Assembly (NCBI GenBank): GCA_041180765.1 | Contig: JBEGQU010000023.1 | Location: 1-41,253 of the forward strand | Direction of reading: 5' to 3' | Length of the DNA: 41,253 nt | Source of the DNA: Chloroflexota bacterium | GTDB lineage: Bacteria; Chloroflexota; Limnocylindria; Limnocylindrales; Limnocylindraceae | Shown here: positions 1-13,743 of the stretch, in pieces | How positions within the stretch are numbered: position 1 is the stretch's first letter | Layout of the letters: every line of letters starts with the position of its first letter | Program-made: the position numbers and the translations under genes | The notes under the pieces: model-generated | Told to the model about the DNA's origin: nothing | Databases searched by the model: none | The model's input: the letters and a program-made list of their open reading frames with translations, nothing else

Positions 1-507
1 GACCGAACCGTCGTCGGCTGCCACCTCGACGGCGTCGCCACCGATCGAGAGCCGCGGATCCTCGGGGGCACCCGGGAGCAGGCTCGCGGAGACGGCGATA
101 CCGAGCAGCAGGGCGATGCCGAAGGGCATGGCGCGCTCGGGCTGTCGTGCCAGGCGGCTGAGGGCCGTGGCCGCACGGCTGCGACGGCGGTTGAAGGCGC
201 GGGTCAGGCCGCGCGACTCGAGGAAGGGGGCGATGCGATGGAAGAGGGCGGCGAGGGCCATGCCGGTCGTCCGGGCGGCGAGCGCCGGATGGACACGCAC
301 CCGGCGCGGCAGGGGGCGCTTGAGGAACGCCCCGGCACGGAAGAGGCTCAGGTCGAGCGCCCGCTCGCCGGCCCGTTCCAAGAGGGAGCCGAGGGCAAGG
401 GTGCGGCGCCAGCCCCAGGCCGAGAGGCGGAACGCGAGGCTGCTCGAGGGGACCGCGCCAGCGGTGCGGCGGGCGGTGCTCCTGCTCAGGTGCGTCACTT
501 TCGGCAT
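1..507 (-). CDS. Hypothetical membrane-anchored protein, N-terminal part only (gene continues past the left window edge)
   Basis: Absent from the ORF track because it has no stop in the window. My translation from ATG 507 (complement) is MPKVTHLSRSTARR...ERAMPFGIALLLGIAVSASLLPGAPEDPRLSIGGDAVEVAADDGSV, open to base 1 (169 codons). GGAGG lies 5 nt upstream of the ATG. Third codon positions are mostly G/C. An Arg-rich N-terminus precedes one hydrophobic helix. Confidence 0.45.
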   Translation of the reverse strand, partial: MPKVTHLSRSTARRTAGAVPSSSLAFRLSAWGWRRTLALGSLLERAGERALDLSLFRAGAFLKRPLPRRVRVHPALAARTTGMALAALFHRIAPFLESRGLTRAFNRRRSRAATALSRLARQPERAMPFGIALLLGIAVSASLLPGAPEDPRLSIGGDAVEVAADDGSV

Positions 508-592
508 GGCGGCCTCCGTTCGGCCCCTAGTCTACCCCCGCCCCCCGGCCTCGCCCCCCAGGGGCACCCCGACCCTGCGGCGGGCGTGCGGG

Positions 593-2023
593 CTACGAGG
601 CGCTCGAGCCCTTCCCGCCCTCGGCCCCCTCGGCGCCCCTCGTGAGGGCCGCCAGGAACTGGGCGTTCGACTCGGTCTTGGCGATGCGGTTGAGCAGGAG
701 CTCGATCCCCTCGTTCGCCCCGACGGCCGAGAGCATGCGGCGCATGGTCCAGACCATCTTGAGGGTCCCCTCGTCGAGCAGCAGCTCCTCGCGGCGGGTG
801 CCGGAGCGTTGCACGTCGATCGCCGGGAAGATGCGCTTCTCGGCGAGCTTGCGGTCGAGCACCAGCTCGGAGTTGCCCGTCCCCTTGAACTCCTCGTAGA
901 TCACGTCGTCCATCTTCGACCCGGTGTCGACGAGGCAGGTGCCGATGATCGTCAGCGAACCGCCCTCCTCGAGTTTGCGCGCGGCGCCGAAGAAGCGCTT
1001 CGGCGGATAGAGGGCGATCGGGTCGATGCCGCCGGAGAGGGTGCGCCCGGACGGCGGGAGCGCGAGGTTGTAGGCGCGCGCGAGGCGCGTGATCGAGTCG
1101 AGCAGCACGACCACGTCGGCGCCCGACTCGGTGCGGCGCTTCGCGATCTCGAGCGCCATCTCGGCGACGTGGGTGTGGTTCTCGGTCGGTTCGTCGAAGG
1201 TCGACGAGATGACCTCGCCCTTCACCGAGCGGCGCATGTCGGTCACCTCCTCCGGACGCTCGCCGATGAGGCAGACCATGAGCGAGATCTCGGGGTAGTT
1301 CGCGGTAACGCCCTGGGCGATCTGCTTGAGCAGGCTCGTCTTCCCCGCCTTCGGCGGCGAGACGATCAGCGCGCGCTGCCCCTTGCCGAGCGGATTGACG
1401 AGGTTGATCAGGCGCTGCGAGAGGTTCGAGGGGACCGTCTCGAGGTTGATCAGCTCGATCGGGTGGATCGGCGTGAGGTCGCCGAAGTGCGGCCGTCGGC
1501 GCGCCGACTCGGGGTCCGTGCCGGAGACGATCTCGACGCGGAGCATGCCCCAGAACTTCTCGCCCTCGCGCGGCGCGCGGATGACGCCGCCGACGGTGTC
1601 GCCTTGGCGCAGGCCGAGGCGGCGGATGAGCGGCGCCGGCATGTAGACGTCATCGGCACTCGGAAGCAGCCCGTTGCGGCGGATGAAGCCGTAGCCGTCG
1701 TCGACGATCTCGAGGATCCCCGACGCCCAGACTTGGCCGTGCTCGTCGGCCTGCGCGCGGAGGACGCGCTGCACCACCTCGGGGAGGTCGTCCTGCTGCG
1801 ATGCGCCGATGCCGAACTTCTTCGTCACGGCGACGAGCTCGCTCGCGGTCATGTTCGCCAGGGCGGCGAAGGTGTAGATCCCCTCGGCGGCGAGGTCGGC
1901 CTCGGAGAGGATCTCCATCTCGACGGGCGGGGCGCCGACGGGGCGCATGGCGTTGGGGTTGTGGTTGGGACCGCGCCGGATCGGGCGTCGGGGGCCGCGG
2001 TTGCGTCCGTCGTTCATCGACAT
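593..2023 (-). CDS. rho: Transcription termination factor Rho
   Basis: Contains the Rho RNA-binding and ATPase core (..DDGYGFIRR.., ..[24 protein letters not shown].., ..ARAYN.., ..[38 protein letters not shown]..). Start set at ATG 2023 (MSMNDGRN..), preceded by AGAGGA; the track start at 2140 is an upstream extension. A short Arg/Asn/Pro-rich N-terminal extension is present. Confidence 0.9.
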   Translation of the reverse strand: MSMNDGRNRGPRRPIRRGPNHNPNAMRPVGAPPVEMEILSEADLAAEGIYTFAALANMTASELVAVTKKFGIGASQQDDLPEVVQRVLRAQADEHGQVWASGILEIVDDGYGFIRRNGLLPSADDVYMPAPLIRRLGLRQGDTVGGVIRAPREGEKFWGMLRVEIVSGTDPESARRRPHFGDLTPIHPIELINLETVPSNLSQRLINLVNPLGKGQRALIVSPPKAGKTSLLKQIAQGVTANYPEISLMVCLIGERPEEVTDMRRSVKGEVISSTFDEPTENHTHVAEMALEIAKRRTESGADVVVLLDSITRLARAYNLALPPSGRTLSGGIDPIALYPPKRFFGAARKLEEGGSLTIIGTCLVDTGSKMDDVIYEEFKGTGNSELVLDRKLAEKRIFPAIDVQRSGTRREELLLDEGTLKMVWTMRRMLSAVGANEGIELLLNRIAKTESNAQFLAALTRGAEGAEGGKGSSAS

Positions 2024-2111
2024 GTGGGAAGGGTCCTCTCTTGTGGGTTGCCGGTGTGGCTCCCGCCATGTGCTGCGCGCGAACGGCGCTGGCTGTTGGG
2101 GGGATGCGAAG

Positions 2112-2140
2112 ATCCTAGGCGATCCCCGCTCCGTCGTCAA
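2112..2140 (-). promoter_or_regulatory. Putative sigma-70-type promoter for rho (TTGACG-17 nt-TAGGAT)
   Basis: The complement strand reads TTGACG ACGGAGCGGGGATCGCC TAGGAT, a near-consensus -35, an exact 17-nt spacer and a TAnnnT -10, about 90 nt upstream of the rho ATG. Confidence 0.35.
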
Positions 2141-2142
2141 CG

Positions 2143-2160
2143 GGCCGCCCCCGGGCGGCC
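2143..2160 (-). terminator. GC hairpin just downstream of the tal stop codon (possible terminator, no U-tract)
   Basis: GGCCGCCC-GG-GGGCGGCC, an 8-bp perfect inverted repeat a few nt after the tal TAG. It is not followed by a T-run, so function is uncertain. Confidence 0.25.
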
Positions 2161-2167
2161 GGGGAGG

Positions 2168-2824
2168 CTACTTGCCGCCCGTCGCCTTCGCCCAGTCGGC
2201 CTTGAAGATCGCGATCCCCTTGTCGGTGAGCGGGTGCTTCGTCATCTGCTCGAGGACCTTGAGCGGCATCGTGGCGACGTGCGCGCCGGCGAGCGCCGAC
2301 TCCGTGACGTGGCGCGGATGGCGGATCGACGCGGCGAGGATCTCGCAGTGGTCGAGCCCCTCGTAGTTGGCGAAGATCTCCGCGAGCTCGCGGATCACGA
2401 CCATGCCGTCCTCGTTGATGTCGTCGAGCCGCCCGATGAACGGGCTGATGAGCGAGGCGCCGGCCTTGGCCGCCATCAGTCCCTGGTTCGCCGTGAAGAT
2501 CAGGGTGCAGTTCGTCTTGATCCCCTCGGCGCGCAGGCGGCTGATCGCCTCGAGGCCGGCGGTGGTGAGGGCGACCTTGACGACGATGTTCGGCGCGATC
2601 TTCGCGAAGGCCTTCCCCTCGCGGACCATCCCGTCGGCATCGTCGCTGATGACCTCGGCCGAGACGGGGCCCGGGGTGAGCTTGCAGATCTCGGCGAGGA
2701 TCTCCTCGTACGAGCCACCGACCTTGGCGTAGAGCGAGGGGTTGGTGGTGACGCCGTCGACGACGCCCCAGCGCACGCCGGTCTTGATCTCCTCGAGGTC
2801 GGCGGTGTCCAGGAAGAACTTCAT
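2168..2824 (-). CDS. tal: Transaldolase, short (about 218 aa) Tal/Fsa type
   Basis: MKFFLDTADLEEIK..GVTTNPSL..VSAEVIS..NIVVKV..TNCTLIF..ISPFIGRLDD..AASIRHPRHV..THPLTDKG is collinear with short Bacillus-type transaldolases. GAGGAGG lies upstream of ATG 2824. Confidence 0.9.
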   Translation of the reverse strand: MKFFLDTADLEEIKTGVRWGVVDGVTTNPSLYAKVGGSYEEILAEICKLTPGPVSAEVISDDADGMVREGKAFAKIAPNIVVKVALTTAGLEAISRLRAEGIKTNCTLIFTANQGLMAAKAGASLISPFIGRLDDINEDGMVVIRELAEIFANYEGLDHCEILAASIRHPRHVTESALAGAHVATMPLKVLEQMTKHPLTDKGIAIFKADWAKATGGK

Positions 2825-2857
2825 CGGGCCTCCTCGCGCCAGGGCGCGCTCTTCTGG

Positions 2858-6486
<3,629 letters not shown>

Positions 6487-6497
<11 letters not shown>

Positions 6498-7368
6498 GGG
6501 TGAGCAGCCTTCCGCCCGAGCGCCCGATCCGCTCGATGTAGCCGAGTGCGTGGCGCGAGAGGATGCCGAAGACGACGACCATCGCGGCGAGGATCGCCAG
6601 CTCGACGGGGACGGGGAGCAGGCCGCTCGCCGCGAGCTGCGGGACCGCGATCTGGCGCAGGGCGTCGGCCGCGGGGGCGAGCGGCAGGATCCCGATCGCC
6701 ACGAGCCCGATCGGGCCGAGGTTGCGGATCGGGGCGAAGAGGCCGCCGAGCAGCTGCATCGGCTCGTTCAGGAGATCGCCGAGGTGGTCGGCCTGACGGC
6801 CCGAGACGAGGAAGAAGGCGGCGAGGCAGGCGCCGAGCGCGTACATCGCGGCGACGCCGAGGAGCAGGGTGACGAGGAGCAGGAGCGGTTCCCCGACGCT
6901 GTACTGCGCCCCGAAGAGGAGGAGGCCCGCGGTGATGACGATCGCGGCGCGGATCGCCATGCCGACCGCTCCGCCGATCGCCATGCCGAGGGTGATCGCG
7001 CCGAGTCCGACCGGAGCGGTGATGTAGAGGGTGAGGTTGCCGCTGTCGCGCTCCCAGCGGAACTGCCCCGCCATCATCCAGATGACCGAGGTCCAGAAAG
7101 TGAGCAGGGCGCTGGCGAGGATCGTCGCGCTGATCCACGCCTCGTCGGCACCGCGCGAGCGCAGCAGGAAGACGAAGGCGGCCATGCCGAGGATGGGGAA
7201 TACCAGGTCGAAGAAGAGCCACGACGGCTCGCGGAGCATGCCGAAGATGCGCGGGTAGGCCCGCCCGGCGACGGACTGCGCGGCGTGCCGGAGCCGGTGC
7301 CCGGCGCTCCACTCGGTCGCGGCGCGGATGCGCACCGCCAGGTCGTCCGGCGCCGCGGCGCGGCTCAC
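6487..7368 (-). CDS. ABC-2-type transporter permease (first of two)
   Basis: Polytopic membrane protein. Start set at GTG 7368, overlapping the ATPase stop (GTGA); the track start at 7908 lies inside the ATPase gene. Confidence 0.7.
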
Positions 7369-8408
7369 CCCGCCGGCTCCGCTTCGGATTCGCCGATGCC
7401 GCGCCCGACGAGCTGCACGAACACCTCTTCGAGGGTCGGCTCGCTCTTCGCGATCTCGCGCAGGTGCGCTCCCGCACCGGCGAGCGAGCTGATCACTCCG
7501 CCGAGCGCGCCGTCCTCGCGCAGGCCGATCGCGAGGCGGGTGATCGGCGAGCCGATGCCGCTGGCGCCGTCGTCGTCGACGCCGCGCACCGCGACCGAGA
7601 GGACGCCGGGGAGGGCGCGGAGCGTGGCCGGGGTCACCCCCGCGGGCAGGTCGTCGACGCCGACGATGAACAGCGCCTCGCGCTGGACCATGCGCTTCAG
7701 CTCGGCGGGGGTCCCCTGGGCGAGGATCCGGCCGTGATCCACGATCGCAATGCGGTCGCACATCTCGTCGGCCTCGGCCATGTAGTGCGTGGTGAGGAGC
7801 ACGGTCCTGCCGGGTTCCGCCTCCTGGAAGGCGCGCACGCGCTCGCGCACGTCGCGCGCCGCGGCGACATCGAGGCCGATCGTCGGCTCGTCGAGGAAGA
7901 GGATCCACGGGTCGTTGAGGAACGAGCGCGCGAAGTTCAGCTTCTGGCGCTGCCCGGTCGACAGGGCGCTGATCTTGCGGTCGGCGATCTCGCGGATGCC
8001 GAAGGCGTCGATCTGCTCGTCGACGCGGCGCATCCCCTCGCGATAGGGCATGCCGTAGAACTGCGCGAACATGGCGAGCTGCTCGCGCACGGTGAGGAGC
8101 CCGTAGCCCGAGAAGTCGCCGCCGGCCACGAGGTTCATGATGCGGCGCACGCGCTCCGTCTCGGCGACGACGTCGAGTCCGAAGATCGAGGCGCCCCCCG
8201 TCGTGGGGAGCAGGAGCGTGCTCAGGATCTTGATCAGCGTGCTCTTCCCCGCGCCGTTCGGGCCGAGGAGTCCGAAGAGCTCGCCCGGCTCGATGCGCAG
8301 GTCGATGCCGTGCAACGCGGTGACCGGGCCGCCCTTCGCCTGGAAGACCCGTCCGACGCCGCGCGCCTCGACGGCGGCGACGCTCGTGCGGGAGGGATTC
8401 GTCGTCAT
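7365..8408 (-). CDS. ABC transporter ATP-binding protein (DrrA/ABC-2 exporter type, with C-terminal extension)
   Basis: Walker [10 protein letters not shown], signature LSTGQRQKL, Walker [14 protein letters not shown]-loop TTHYM. ATG 8408 is preceded by GGAGG. Confidence 0.85.
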   Translation of the reverse strand: MTTNPSRTSVAAVEARGVGRVFQAKGGPVTALHGIDLRIEPGELFGLLGPNGAGKSTLIKILSTLLLPTTGGASIFGLDVVAETERVRRIMNLVAGGDFSGYGLLTVREQLAMFAQFYGMPYREGMRRVDEQIDAFGIREIADRKISALSTGQRQKLNFARSFLNDPWILFLDEPTIGLDVAAARDVRERVRAFQEAEPGRTVLLTTHYMAEADEMCDRIAIVDHGRILAQGTPAELKRMVQREALFIVGVDDLPAGVTPATLRALPGVLSVAVRGVDDDGASGIGSPITRLAIGLREDGALGGVISSLAGAGAHLREIAKSEPTLEEVFVQLVGRGIGESEAEPAG

Positions 8409-8470
8409 GGGGCCTCCGGTTCGCCGGTCGCGGCGCGCGGGCCGCGAATCGCGGCAGGTCATCGCCCCGA

Positions 8471-8480
8471 AGTCTACAAT
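8471..8480. promoter_or_regulatory. Overlapping divergent -10-like hexamers (TACAAT toward tkt, TAGACT toward the ABC operon)
   Basis: AGTCTACAAT sits in the 107-nt divergent intergenic region. TACAAT (8475-8480, +) lies about 35 nt upstream of the tkt ATG. The complement reads TAGACT (8476-8471). No convincing -35 on either side. Confidence 0.3.
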
Positions 8481-8515
8481 CAGCGCACAGCCCGGTTCAG
8501 CACGAGGGGGAGCCA

Positions 8516-10564
8516 ATGGACCAGCGACTCGAACAGTCGGCCGTCACCACCATCCGCACGCTGGCGATCGACACCGTGCAGGCGGCCAACTCCGGGCACC
8601 CGGGAGCGCCGATGGGCTGCGCGCCGATGGCCCACGCCATCTGGGCGCACCACCTGCGCCACGCACCAAGCACCCCCGACTGGTTCGACCGCGACCGCTT
8701 CATCCTGTCGAACGGCCACGCGAGCGCCCTCCTCTATGCGCTGCTCCACCTCTTCGGCTACGGCCTGACCCTCGACGACCTGCGCGCCTTCCGCACCTGG
8801 GGCTCCCTTACCCCGGGGCACCCGGAGTTCGGCCTGACCGCGGGGGTCGAGGCGACCACCGGCCCGCTCGGCCAGGGGTTCGCCAACGGCGTCGGCATGG
8901 CGATCGCCGAGCGCCGGCTCGCGGCGGAGTTCAACCGCCCGGGCCACCAGGTCGTCGACCATCGCGTCTTCGCGATCGTCTCCGACGGCGACCTGCAGGA
9001 GGGGATCGCCTCCGAGGCCGCCTCGCTCGCCGGCCACCTGAAGCTCGGCAAGCTCGTCTACCTCTGGGACGACAACCTGATCCAGCTCGACGGGCCCACC
9101 TCGACCGCTTGGTCGGAAGACGTGCTCAAGCGCTTCGACGCCTATGGCTGGCACACCAGCCGCGTCACCGATGGCAACGACCTCGCCGCCATCGACGCGG
9201 CGATCGGCGCCGCGATCGCCGACGAGCGACCGAGCCTGATCGCCGTGCGCACGGTGATCGGCTTCGGCTCGCCGAACAAGGCGGGGAGCCAGAAGTCCCA
9301 CGGCGCGCCGCTCGGGCCCGACGAGGTGCGCCTCACGAAGCAGGCCTACGGGGTGGATCCCGACGCGACCTTCTCCGTCCCGGATGATGTCGCGGCGTTC
9401 TACCGCCAGCGAGCCGCCGCGGGCGAGGCGCTCGTCGCCGATCACGCCAAGCGGCTCCTCGCCTATGCCGCCGCCTTCCCCGCCGAGGCGGCGGAGCTGC
9501 AGCGCCGCGTGGCGGGCCGCCTCCCCGACGGCTGGGGCGATGCCCTCCCGCGCTACGAACTCGGCGGCGATGCGCCGACGCGAAACGTGAGCCAGGCATC
9601 GATCAAGGCGCTCGGCGCCGTGCTCCCGGAGCTGATCGGCGGCAGCGCCGACCTCTCGGAGTCGAACCTCACCGAGATCCACGATGGCGGACGCTTCACG
9701 GCGACCGAGACGGGTCGCAACATCAGTTTCGGCGTCCGCGAACATGCGATGGCTGCGATCACCAACGGCGTGGCGTACCACGGTGGGTTGATCCCGTTCT
9801 GCGCGACGTTCCTCACCTTCAGCGACTACCTGCGCGGCTCGCTGCGCCTCGCCGCCCTGGCGAACCTCGGCAGCATCTTCGTCTTCACCCACGACTCGAT
9901 CGGACTCGGCGAAGACGGCCCCACGCACCAGCCAGTCGAACACTATGCGGCGATCCGCGCGATGCCGACCGTGCGCTTCATCCGCCCGGGAGACCCGAAC
10001 GAGGCCGCGGCGGCCTGGGGGGTCGCGATCGAACGCCGCCACGCGCCGACGGTGCTCGCCTTCACCCGCCAGAAGCTCCCCGTGCTCGCCGGAGCCGTCG
10101 CCGGTGCGCGCGAGGGGGTGCGCCGCGGCGCCTACGTGGTGCGCGAGGCGACCGGGTCGGCGCAGGCGATCCTCATCGCCACCGGCTCCGAGCTGCACCT
10201 CGCCGTCGCGGCGGCAGAGCTACTCGAGGCGGGCGGCACGCCGACGCGCGTCGTCTCCATGCCCTCGCCCGAGCTCTTCGGCGATCAGGACGCGACCTAC
10301 CGCGACGAGATCCTCCCCCCGTCGATCGCCGCGCGCGTCGCGATCGAGGCCGGGGTGAGCTTCGGATGGGACCGCTGGGCGGGCAGCGGCGGCGCGATCG
10401 TCGCGATGGACCGTTTCGGCGCCTCGGCCCCCGCGCCGCGGCTGTTCGCCGAGTTCGGGTTCACCGCCGAGCGCATCGCCGAGATCGCCCGTGGCGTCGT
10501 CGCCGGAACGGTGCGCGGCGTCGTGCCCACGCCGCACCTGCACGACGGCCACGCGGTCCGCTGA
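8516..10564 (+). CDS. tkt: Transketolase
   Basis: ..[22 protein letters not shown].., ..[12 protein letters not shown].., ..[10 protein letters not shown].., ..[17 protein letters not shown]... GAGGGGGAG lies upstream of the ATG. Confidence 0.95.
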   Translation: MDQRLEQSAVTTIRTLAIDTVQAANSGHPGAPMGCAPMAHAIWAHHLRHAPSTPDWFDRDRFILSNGHASALLYALLHLFGYGLTLDDLRAFRTWGSLTPGHPEFGLTAGVEATTGPLGQGFANGVGMAIAERRLAAEFNRPGHQVVDHRVFAIVSDGDLQEGIASEAASLAGHLKLGKLVYLWDDNLIQLDGPTSTAWSEDVLKRFDAYGWHTSRVTDGNDLAAIDAAIGAAIADERPSLIAVRTVIGFGSPNKAGSQKSHGAPLGPDEVRLTKQAYGVDPDATFSVPDDVAAFYRQRAAAGEALVADHAKRLLAYAAAFPAEAAELQRRVAGRLPDGWGDALPRYELGGDAPTRNVSQASIKALGAVLPELIGGSADLSESNLTEIHDGGRFTATETGRNISFGVREHAMAAITNGVAYHGGLIPFCATFLTFSDYLRGSLRLAALANLGSIFVFTHDSIGLGEDGPTHQPVEHYAAIRAMPTVRFIRPGDPNEAAAAWGVAIERRHAPTVLAFTRQKLPVLAGAVAGAREGVRRGAYVVREATGSAQAILIATGSELHLAVAAAELLEAGGTPTRVVSMPSPELFGDQDATYRDEILPPSIAARVAIEAGVSFGWDRWAGSGGAIVAMDRFGASAPAPRLFAEFGFTAERIAEIARGVVAGTVRGVVPTPHLHDGHAVR

Positions 10565-10565
10565 G

Positions 10566-11033
10566 GTGTCGCCGCGCCGCCTCGCCGTCGCCGCCGACCA
10601 CGCCGGCGCGGCGCTGAAGGCCGAGCTGATCGCGGCGCTGCCGACGGTCGCGCCCGACTGGGAGGCGATCGACCTCGGCGGAGACGGCAGCGACCAGGGG
10701 GATGACTATCCCGACGCCGCCCGCGCCGTCGCCGAACTGATGCGCTCCGGCGGCGCCGAGCGCGGCCTCGTCATCTGCGGCTCGGGGATCGGCGTGACGA
10801 TCGCCGCGAACAAGTTCCGCGGCATCCGCGCATCGATCGCCCACGATCCCGCCTCGGCGGAACAGGGGGTGGTGCACGACGCGATGAACGTGCTGGCGTT
10901 CGGTGCGAAGCTCATCGACGCCGGGCGCGGCGCGGCGACCCTCGCGTCGTTCCTCGCCGCCGAGCCGAGCGGAGCCGAGCGCTTCGTCCGCCGCAACAGG
11001 AAGGTGGACCAGATCGAGGAGGAGCAGCGATGA
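10566..11033 (+). CDS. rpiB: Ribose-5-phosphate isomerase B
   Basis: ..LAVAADHAG.., ..GLVICGSGIGVTIAANKFRGIRA... Start set at in-frame GTG 10566, 1 nt after the tkt stop. Confidence 0.85.
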   Translation: MSPRRLAVAADHAGAALKAELIAALPTVAPDWEAIDLGGDGSDQGDDYPDAARAVAELMRSGGAERGLVICGSGIGVTIAANKFRGIRASIAHDPASAEQGVVHDAMNVLAFGAKLIDAGRGAATLASFLAAEPSGAERFVRRNRKVDQIEEEQR

Positions 11034-12796
11034 GCGACGGCCTTGGACGGATCCCCGGCATCCGCGCGGCGCGACCGTCGGATCGGGCGGCGATCGACAC
11101 GATGATGGAGCGGGCGAGGGCGGGAGCCTGGGCGAACCGCCTCGCCGACCGGGACGCCACGCTCTGGAGCGACGACCCCGCGGTCCAGGCGAAGATCGCC
11201 AACCGGCTCGGCTGGCTCGATGCGCCGGCGGCCTTCACCGCCGAGATTCCCGCCCTCGAGGGATACGGCGAGGACCCGCTCGGACTCGGCGACGGCGAGC
11301 GCCTCGAGGTGATCGTCGCCGGGATGGGTGGCTCGTCGCTCGCGCCGGAGGTGCTCGCCCGCGCCTTCGCCGGCCTCGAGGGTTGGCACCGCGTGCGGGT
11401 CTGCGATACCACCGACCCGGCCGCGGTGGCGTCCGTCTTCGAGGGCCTCGACCTGCGCCGGGCCCTCTTCATCGTCGCAAGCAAGTCGGGCACGACCACC
11501 GAGACGCTCGCGTTCGCCGCCTACGCCCGCGAGCGGGTCGCCGCCGCACTCGGCGAGGAGGCGGTCGACGAGCACTTCGTCGCGATCAGCGACCCGAGCC
11601 CGTGCGTCGACGGCATCACCGCGATCGTCGACGCCGCGCGCCTCTTCCTCAATCCCGCCGACATCGGCGGACGCTACTCGGCGCTCAGCTACGTCGGACT
11701 CGTGCCGGCGAGCCTGCTCGGGATCGACCTCGACTCGCTGCTCGCCTCGGCGAGCGTCGCCATCGCGGCGTCGCGGGAGCCGGAGCCGACGGCGAACTTC
11801 GCGCTGGCGCTCGGCTGCGCGCTCGCGGCCCTGGCCAAGGAGGGGCGCGACAAGGCGACGCTCGTCGTCGATGCGCCGATCGACGGCCTCGGCGCCTGGG
11901 TCGAGCAGCTCGTGGCGGAGAGCACGGGCAAGGAGGGCCTCGGCATCGTGCCGATCGACGGCGAGGCGCTCGGCAGCGTCGCCTCGTACGGAGACGATCG
12001 TCTCTTCGTCCGCATCCGCCTCGACGGCGGGATCGCGCCGAAGGCCGCCGATGGCACCGACGTGGACGCACGCCTCGACGAGCTCGCACGGGCCGGTCAC
12101 CCGGTGCTCGAGTGGCGGCTCGCCGATCCGATCGACCTCGGTGCGGAGTTCGTCCGCTGGGAGGTTGCCACGGCGATCGCGGGGGCGGCCCTGCGCATCA
12201 ATCCGTTCGACGAGCCGAATGTCACCGAATCGAAGATGAACACGGCGGCGGTCCTGACCGAACTCGCCGCCAGCGGCAGCCTGCCGGTCCTCCCGGAGAA
12301 GACCCGCGACGGCAGCCTCTCGCTCTGGGTCGACGATGTGCTGCCCGCCGCCTTCGCCGACGACGCCGTGAAGCTGATCGGCGGGCAGCTCGGACGGCTC
12401 GATGCCCGCGGCTACATCGGGATCCAGGCATATGTCGAGGCGACCCCCGCCCGAAGCGAGATGCTCGGCCGGATCCGGACGCTCCTGCGCGATGCGACGA
12501 GGCGGGCCACGACCGTCGGCTACGGACCGCGCTTCCTCCACTCGACGGGTCAGCTCCACAAGGGCGGGGCGCCGATCGGCTGGTTCCTGCAGATCGTCGC
12601 CGAGCACCCGACCGACGCCGGCGTCCCGGGCCGCGACTTCTCGTTCGGCCAGCTCATCGACGCCCAGGCGCTCGGCGATGCACGCTCGCTCGTCGACCAT
12701 GGTCTCCCCGTGCTGCGCGTCCGCCTCGGCGCCGACGCGGACGCCGGCCTCGCCGCCCTCGCCGAGCTGATCGGCCGGGCGGTGGCAGTTCGGTAG
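11030..12796 (+). CDS. pgi: Glucose-6-phosphate isomerase (SIS-domain PGI of the type also found fused to transaldolase)
   Basis: ..LWSDDPAVQAKIANRLGWLD.., ..VAGMGGSSLAPEV.., ..FIVASKSGTTTET... The ATG overlaps the rpiB stop (ATGA). Confidence 0.85.
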   Translation: MSDGLGRIPGIRAARPSDRAAIDTMMERARAGAWANRLADRDATLWSDDPAVQAKIANRLGWLDAPAAFTAEIPALEGYGEDPLGLGDGERLEVIVAGMGGSSLAPEVLARAFAGLEGWHRVRVCDTTDPAAVASVFEGLDLRRALFIVASKSGTTTETLAFAAYARERVAAALGEEAVDEHFVAISDPSPCVDGITAIVDAARLFLNPADIGGRYSALSYVGLVPASLLGIDLDSLLASASVAIAASREPEPTANFALALGCALAALAKEGRDKATLVVDAPIDGLGAWVEQLVAESTGKEGLGIVPIDGEALGSVASYGDDRLFVRIRLDGGIAPKAADGTDVDARLDELARAGHPVLEWRLADPIDLGAEFVRWEVATAIAGAALRINPFDEPNVTESKMNTAAVLTELAASGSLPVLPEKTRDGSLSLWVDDVLPAAFADDAVKLIGGQLGRLDARGYIGIQAYVEATPARSEMLGRIRTLLRDATRRATTVGYGPRFLHSTGQLHKGGAPIGWFLQIVAEHPTDAGVPGRDFSFGQLIDAQALGDARSLVDHGLPVLRVRLGADADAGLAALAELIGRAVAVR

Positions 12797-12843
12797 GATT
12801 GGCACGACGACCGCAGACGGCGGCAGAGAACCAGGAGGACAAC

Positions 12844-13743
12844 GTGAAGATCGGTTTCATCGGCCTCGGCAAGATGGGTGGCAACATGGTGAAGCGCCTC
12901 GTGCGCGGCGGCCACGAGGTGGTCATCTGGAACCGCTCGCGCGAGAAGACCGACGAGATCGCCAAGGAGGGCGCGAAGCCGACCTACGAGGTGAAGGATC
13001 TCGTCGCCAGCCTCGAGGCGCCGCGCCGCGTCTGGGTGATGGTCCCGAGCGGCGACGCCACCGAGGCGATGATCGACGAGCTGATCCCCCTGCTCGCGAA
13101 GGGCGACACGATCATCGACGGCGGGAACTCCAACTTCCACGACACGATCCGCCGCCACGAGAAGCTCGCGGCGCACGGCATCTCGTTCATCGACGCCGGC
13201 ACCTCGGGTGGCGTGTGGGGGCTCGAGAACGGCTACTGCATGATGGTCGGCGGCGATGCCGCCCCGGTGAAGGCGCTGGAGCCGATCTTCTCGACGCTCG
13301 CGCCGAAGGACGGCTACCTGCACTGCGGCGGCCCGGGAGCCGGGCACTACGTGAAGATGGTGCACAACGGGATCGAGTACGGGATGATGCAGGCCTACGC
13401 CGAGGGCTTCGAGATCCTCGCCAAGTCGCGCTACGACCTCGACCTCGCCAAGGTGAGCGACCTCTGGATGCAGGGCTCCGTCGTCCGCAGCTGGCTCCTG
13501 GAGCTCGCCGGACGCGCCTTCCGCGCCGAGGGGAGCGACCTGAAGGGGATCAAGGGCTGGGTCGCCGACTCCGGCGAGGGGCGCTGGACCGTGCAGGAGG
13601 CGATCGACCTCGACGTCCCGGCGCCGGTCATCACCCTCTCGCTGCTGACGCGCTTCCGCTCGCGGCAGGAGGACTCGTACTCGGCCAAGGTCCTCGCCGC
13701 ACTGCGGAACCAGTTCGGCGGCCACGCGGTGAAGTCCGAGTGA
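12844..13743 (+). CDS. gnd: 6-phosphogluconate dehydrogenase, short decarboxylating form
   Basis: VKIGFIGLGKMGGNM.., ..IDGGNS.., ..GAGHYVKMVHNGIEYGMMQAYAEGF... GTG 12844 has AGGAGG 5 nt upstream. The track ORF from 10903 is an artefact. Confidence 0.88.
   Translation: MKIGFIGLGKMGGNMVKRLVRGGHEVVIWNRSREKTDEIAKEGAKPTYEVKDLVASLEAPRRVWVMVPSGDATEAMIDELIPLLAKGDTIIDGGNSNFHDTIRRHEKLAAHGISFIDAGTSGGVWGLENGYCMMVGGDAAPVKALEPIFSTLAPKDGYLHCGGPGAGHYVKMVHNGIEYGMMQAYAEGFEILAKSRYDLDLAKVSDLWMQGSVVRSWLLELAGRAFRAEGSDLKGIKGWVADSGEGRWTVQEAIDLDVPAPVITLSLLTRFRSRQEDSYSAKVLAALRNQFGGHAVKSE

Noticed and set aside
508-592. TAGACT -10-like hexamer between rho and the downstream membrane-protein gene
   Set aside because: There is no -35, the spacing would leave only about 14 nt of leader, and the gene may simply be co-transcribed with rho. 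The evidence is too weak to report as a feature.
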